Below the pieces are notes generated by a model that had not been told where the DNA came from, made no database searches, and saw only the letters and a list, made by a program, of their open reading frames with translations. The position numbers and the translations under genes were made by a program. Below are positions 59,607 through 64,000 of a DNA stretch of 64,000 nucleotides, one piece after another (positions within the stretch are counted from its first letter, which is position 1; each line of letters begins with the position of its first letter). The stretch is from a virus. The stretch is from IMG/VR virus record IMGVR_UViG_3300044729_001490, positions 6,388 through 70,387 of that record, one strand, 5' to 3'.

Positions 59607-60308
59607 ATGAAACCCTTTTTGACTTTTGCAATATGGTCGTTTTGTTCGGTCGCGTTCGCGCAGGTCGAAGCGATTATTGTTGCACCTGATAAAGCACTTC
59701 CAGGAGAGCTGGTGGTGCTTAACTCGTCGAAGTCGAAAGGGGACAACCACAGGTGGATTACACCAGAAGGAATCTCGACGGCACAAGCGGGATGTACTGC
59801 GATTGACTCGCAAGTGTTCTTCGCGACTCCGCGAGCTGGCAGCTACACGTTCTATCTGATTGTTTCGGACAAGACGGCAGCGATTGATTACGCGAAGCAT
59901 ACGGTGGTGATCGAAGGCAGTTTAACTCCTGTCGATCCACCACCAAAACCAAATCCACCGACGCAGCCAGGCGACTTTGCAAAGCTGACGCAAATCAGTC
60001 GAGCGAACAGTTTAGCCTTGAACGACCCGAAGACGCGAGCTTCGTTGTTAGCATCTCTAAAGCCTGTTGTGGCACAACTCAAATCGTTATGCGATGCAAA
60101 TCAATGCCCAACGCTGGCGGCTGCACAGTCTCGTTTTATTGGCACGATGGAAGCGGTGTTACTTGCTCGTCCTAAAGGTGAGTCGAGAGACGCAAATTGG
60201 GAAGAGGTTTGGAGATTGCCGAACGCTAAGTTTATTTCTGACTCGAAAATTACCAGCGTCGCGAAAGGCATCGAAGCCTATGACGCAATCGTGAAAGGAT
60301 TGGAATAA
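59607..60308 (+). CDS. Secreted protein with Ig/PKD-like domain and Pro linker
   Basis: Signal peptide ..VAFA; GSYTFYLIVSD; PVDPPPKPNPP linker. Confidence 0.65.
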   Translation: MKPFLTFAIWSFCSVAFAQVEAIIVAPDKALPGELVVLNSSKSKGDNHRWITPEGISTAQAGCTAIDSQVFFATPRAGSYTFYLIVSDKTAAIDYAKHTVVIEGSLTPVDPPPKPNPPTQPGDFAKLTQISRANSLALNDPKTRASLLASLKPVVAQLKSLCDANQCPTLAAAQSRFIGTMEAVLLARPKGESRDANWEEVWRLPNAKFISDSKITSVAKGIEAYDAIVKGLE

Positions 60309-60556
60309 TGCTAAAAATCATCAACACGCTCATTGCTTTAGTCGTGCTTAGCGCGATTAGCTACTCGCAGGAAATCGAATGCCAGAACGGACGCTGTGAC
60401 GTTGTGCGAAAGGTCGCATCGGTTGCGGTGGCTCCGGTTGTTGTTGCTGCCAATGTCGTTGAGGCTACGGCTGAAAACGTCAAGACAGTCGCATGCGAAG
60501 TGAAATCGAAGCGAGCATGTCTACTCCAGAGAATCAGAAAGTTGTGCTGCAAGTGA
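60308..60556 (+). CDS. Small secreted Cys-containing protein
   Basis: Signal peptide; CQNGRC. Confidence 0.6.
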   Translation: MLKIINTLIALVVLSAISYSQEIECQNGRCDVVRKVASVAVAPVVVAANVVEATAENVKTVACEVKSKRACLLQRIRKLCCK

Positions 60557-60858
60557 CAGTCGAGCAGAACTCACTCACGGGCTGGATGTTGGCAGGTATT
60601 GCATCTGTAATAGCAACACTTACCTCAACTGTCGCATGGCTGTTCAAACTGCGCGAGAACGAGAACGCAAAGCATATCGAAGGACTCAAAAACGAAGTCG
60701 CAACGATAAGTGCTAAGGCGGACAAGTGCGAAGTCGAACGGGGTGATTTGAAAACAGAGTGTGCACTGATGCGTGGAAAGATTGAAGTCTTGGAGACGAA
60801 GCTTGCGTTTATCGATGTCAACGGCACGAAGTACGCACACAAGGACGATAAGAAATGA
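60553..60858 (+). CDS. Single-TM coiled-coil protein, holin-like
   Basis: WMLAGIASVIATLTSTVAWLF followed by a coiled coil. Confidence 0.5.
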   Translation: MTVEQNSLTGWMLAGIASVIATLTSTVAWLFKLRENENAKHIEGLKNEVATISAKADKCEVERGDLKTECALMRGKIEVLETKLAFIDVNGTKYAHKDDKK

Positions 60859-61061
60859 CGAGCTTTTTTATTCCTCGTGGGCTGCGAATACGAGACACCG
60901 ATAGTTCTGCCACAGGGATTGTATCCACGCTGGTCGTAACCGATGGAACGCTAACGATTGCAGACAGCACAGCGACTCTGAACGTACCAAGAATCACATT
61001 CGGAACAGCGGCACCGAGCGGCGGAAACGACGGCGACATCTACTTACAACACTCCCCCTAA
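60855..61061 (+). CDS. Small tail-fibre-related protein
   Basis: GTAAPSGGNDGDIYLQ motif. Confidence 0.6.
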   Translation: MTSFFIPRGLRIRDTDSSATGIVSTLVVTDGTLTIADSTATLNVPRITFGTAAPSGGNDGDIYLQHSP

Positions 61062-61071
61062 AGGAAAAAAA

Positions 61072-61491
61072 ATGGCTATTCAGTTTAATGTGGCTACGAG
61101 AAACGCAAGGCTTGACACAATCGAATCGACGAACGGTACGTCCTGTTCGCTGGAGATTCGGAGCGGTACTGTTCCAGCAAACTGTGCAGCAACACGGACT
61201 GGAACAGTGCTTGCCACAATCAACCTTCCATCCGACTGGATGGCCGCAGCGTCATCGGGTGCGAAAGCCATTGCAGGAACTTGGCAAGACTTGAGTGCGG
61301 ATGCTACTGGTACGGCAGGTCATTTCTGCGTCTACAACTCGCAAGCGACAAAGGACGGAACAACTTGTTTTATCCAGGGAACAGTTACAGCAACTAGCGG
61401 CGGTGGTGACATGGAAGTTTCTTCAACTTCATTCACCGCAGGTCAATCCTTTACTGTCAATACGTTTACCTTGACAGACGGCAACGCTTAA
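61072..61491 (+). CDS. Structural protein
   Basis: RNARLD..ADATGTAGHF..QGTV..GGGD family. Confidence 0.65.
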   Translation: MAIQFNVATRNARLDTIESTNGTSCSLEIRSGTVPANCAATRTGTVLATINLPSDWMAAASSGAKAIAGTWQDLSADATGTAGHFCVYNSQATKDGTTCFIQGTVTATSGGGDMEVSSTSFTAGQSFTVNTFTLTDGNA

Positions 61492-61493
61492 CT

Positions 61494-61964
61494 ATGGACA
61501 TGGCAGCTATTAAAACAGAGATTGCCAAGCCTGAGTATGACGGCCTAGACGATTCTGCCATTGCCGATTTGCTCAACGCGAAGACAGTAACACGCAATCG
61601 ATTAGTCCCAACTTGGGAAGTGAAAAAGCACGCAATTGAAAACCAGTATTGGTCTGCCATTGTCATGGCAACGGAGCCAGGCAACCCGCTTGCGATACCT
61701 GCCGAGAGTCTTGTGACTGTTCGAGGTTTGGCGATTGCGGCAAGAGATTGGATCGACGATACGTCTGGCAAGATACTGACAATCGATTTTGCTTTAGCTT
61801 CGGTGCAAACGCTTGTGGGTGGTTTAGTGCTGACTGGATTGATGACGCAAGCACAAGCAACATCATTAGCAGCACTAGGAACGGAAACGGTTGCGTTTGT
61901 TTCGACGGTTGGTGCGGTGAAGATTGGTCCTCATCACATAAGCGAGGCACGCAATGCCCAGTAA
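61494..61964 (+). CDS. Hypothetical structural or assembly protein
   Basis: 156 aa, D..IADLLNA motif. Confidence 0.55.
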   Translation: MDMAAIKTEIAKPEYDGLDDSAIADLLNAKTVTRNRLVPTWEVKKHAIENQYWSAIVMATEPGNPLAIPAESLVTVRGLAIAARDWIDDTSGKILTIDFALASVQTLVGGLVLTGLMTQAQATSLAALGTETVAFVSTVGAVKIGPHHISEARNAQ

Positions 61965-62445
61965 AGTTTATAGAGCTACGGAAACTCCGATCGTCTTTCG
62001 GGATAGCGGTGGCGACCGTGTTTTGACGCTTCAGAATCTTGGCTTTGGTGCGGGTAGAGTATCGGCACAATATGACCGAGGTTCTGGTAGCCAGGCAGAA
62101 CCGCATGAAGTGATTGGAGTCTTTCAGTTTGAAACTGCACCAGCGCTTGGCGAGGCCATTGAACTGTATTTGTTCCAGTCCGATGGAACCTACATGGACG
62201 GAACACTCGGCACGTCAGACGCTGCTTTGACAGCGGACAAGAGACGCAATGGGATACTAATTGGTGCTGTGATTGTAGACACGACATCGACAGCTACGGA
62301 CATCATTGCACGGTTCCAGAACGTACCAATCACTAGCCGATACTATTCGATCGGTGTCTGGAACGCATCGGCAGGTGACAACTTAGAGAACACAGCCAAC
62401 GCTTCACGAGTCATCGTTACACCAATGCCACCAGAGGCCCAATAA
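61954..62445 (+). CDS. Hypothetical structural protein
   Basis: 163 aa, beta-rich. Confidence 0.55.
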   Translation: MPSKVYRATETPIVFRDSGGDRVLTLQNLGFGAGRVSAQYDRGSGSQAEPHEVIGVFQFETAPALGEAIELYLFQSDGTYMDGTLGTSDAALTADKRRNGILIGAVIVDTTSTATDIIARFQNVPITSRYYSIGVWNASAGDNLENTANASRVIVTPMPPEAQ

Positions 62446-62446
62446 C

Positions 62447-63757
62447 ATGCTGCTGACATCCACCAGCGATAAAATCCGATTGGTCACTTCCGTAGCTGGT
62501 GATGTTCGCGTGCAAGCTAGCTACGTGGACCTCTCTGGTAGTACGGTTACACCGGGACGGCTTAACAGTTCTATCAGCACAGCTACGACGACCGATATAG
62601 TCGCAAGCCCAGCGAGTAGCACGCAACGAAAAATAAAGTACGTGTCCATTTGGAACGACTCTAGCAGTTCAGCCAATTCGGTTACAGTGCAACACACTGA
62701 CGGGACGACAGTCGTCGATATTTACGTCGTCAGTCTGCCAAGCCAATCAGGTTTGACCTACGTCGATAGTCAAGGCTGGACTGTCACCGGCAATTCACGA
62801 CCGACAAACATTCAAACCTTTTCCGCAAGTGGCACATGGAACAAGCCGACCAGCTTCAACCCGGGCGTTGTTATGGTTCGCGTCTGGGGTGCAGGTGGCG
62901 GTGGCGGTGGGGGTTCGTCTCTGGCAACTGCGACCGTTACCAAGGGTGGCGGTGGCGGCGGCGGGGGTTGCTTTGTTGAAAGAATTTTCAGAGCATCTGA
63001 CCTTGGCGACGACGTATCGGTGACCATCGGTGCAGGAGGCTCAGCGGGCACGGGTGCAACGGCAGGCGGCTCCGGCGGCGATGGTGGCGTCGGCGGCAAC
63101 ACGACATTCGGCTCACTGCTGACCGGCTATGGCGGCGGCGGCGGAAGAGGCGGGCAAAACTCTGCGCTTGCAACTGGCGGCGGGGGTGGTGGCGGCGGGC
63201 ACTCTGCCGGTCAAACAGCCACCGCAGCGGTGGGCGGCAACGGGGGGCAGCCAATTTCGTCCGGGCCGGGTTTCGACATTCAAGGCGTCACGGGGGCGGT
63301 TGGCTCGGGTAATAGTTATTACGGTCACTTCGGCGGCGGCGGCGGTGGCGGCTCGACAAATGCTGCCGCTTCAACCTCTGGCGGCGGCTCGCTTTTTGGC
63401 GGCGGTGGCGGCGGTTCGGGCGGTGGAACAAGCGCAGTTCCTGCGGCAACCAGCCCGACGACCGGCGGCGGTTTTAGCTCGTCTGTTGGCGGCGGGGGCG
63501 CGGCGGGCGTCTCAGCGGGCACGAGCGGCCCGGCACCTCTGCCCGGCGATGCGGGCGGGGCCACCAACGGCACAACGGGCGGCGCGGGCGGCGGAGGTGG
63601 TGGCTCGACTGTGCAGGCAAACGCGAGTGGGGCAGCGGGCGGCGCGGGCGGGCTTGGTGGCGGCGGTGGCGGTGGTGGTGGTCGCGGTAGCAACCCGGGT
63701 CTTGGTGGTGCTGGCGGCATTGGTGGCGCTGGATACTGTGTCGTAATCTCTTGGTAA
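62447..63757 (+). CDS. Glycine-rich tail fibre/receptor-binding-type protein
   Basis: [30 protein letters not shown]. Confidence 0.75.
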   Translation: MLLTSTSDKIRLVTSVAGDVRVQASYVDLSGSTVTPGRLNSSISTATTTDIVASPASSTQRKIKYVSIWNDSSSSANSVTVQHTDGTTVVDIYVVSLPSQSGLTYVDSQGWTVTGNSRPTNIQTFSASGTWNKPTSFNPGVVMVRVWGAGGGGGGGSSLATATVTKGGGGGGGGCFVERIFRASDLGDDVSVTIGAGGSAGTGATAGGSGGDGGVGGNTTFGSLLTGYGGGGGRGGQNSALATGGGGGGGGHSAGQTATAAVGGNGGQPISSGPGFDIQGVTGAVGSGNSYYGHFGGGGGGGSTNAAASTSGGGSLFGGGGGGSGGGTSAVPAATSPTTGGGFSSSVGGGGAAGVSAGTSGPAPLPGDAGGATNGTTGGAGGGGGGSTVQANASGAAGGAGGLGGGGGGGGGRGSNPGLGGAGGIGGAGYCVVISW

Positions 63758-63763
63758 TAAAAA

Positions 63764-64000
63764 ATGTACCTAACGTCAACCAGCGACAAAATCAGAGTCA
63801 CAACAAGTTCATCGAACAGCGTCCTAGTTCACGCTTCCTATGTGGACCTGTCCGGTAGTACGGTTACACCTGACAGGCTCAACACGAGCATAGCAGCGGC
63901 AACCACAACTGACGTAGTGGGCAGCCCTAGTGGGAGCGATAGCCGAGTCGTAAAGTTTCTATCGGTATGGAACGACCACAATTCAGCGGCTCAGACAATT
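63764..64000 (+). CDS. Paralog of the 62447 gene, truncated by the window end
   Basis: MYLTSTSDKIRV..ASYVDLSGSTVTPDRLN versus MLLTSTSDKIRL..ASYVDLSGSTVTPGRLN. Confidence 0.8.
   Translation, partial: MYLTSTSDKIRVTTSSSNSVLVHASYVDLSGSTVTPDRLNTSIAAATTTDVVGSPSGSDSRVVKFLSVWNDHNSAAQTI

Overview
This is 64 kb of an apparently uncharacterised tailed dsDNA phage. It looks podovirus-like: there is a very large internal/ejection-type protein and no recognisable tail sheath or tape measure in view. The host is probably a member of Planctomycetota, inferred from the RimI, CsrA and signal-peptide styles. Layout: tail, fibre and internal virion genes (1-24742, +), including a collagen-like fibre, a GT2-TPR glycosyltransferase, an Erv-like protein and a 4513-aa polyvalent DarB-like protein; DNA metabolism genes (24884-38362, +); a tRNA-like gene; a leftward early operon (38449-43853, -); a terS-like and accessory block; then terL, portal, scaffold, capsid, S8 protease and tail genes (49190-64000, +), which probably wrap round to position 1. 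Five signals are not explained by the ORF track. (1) A 38-bp hairpin is exactly duplicated around a 34-bp insert copied from the phage's own ParB-like gene, resembling a CRISPR spacer integration. (2) About 11 dispersed copies of the palindrome TGTGACAGCGTGTCACA occur, with two candidate readers: a ParB/KorB-like protein and a serine resolvase lacking its catalytic residues. (3) A second dispersed motif, GACGTGGCACCTTTT, is present. (4) A pseudoknotted type II hammerhead ribozyme and a two-copy covarying RNA motif lie in the early operon. (5) There are several other structured RNAs, some with their own promoters, including a ~450-nt one upstream of a small HNH gene. All calls were made by eye; no searches were run.
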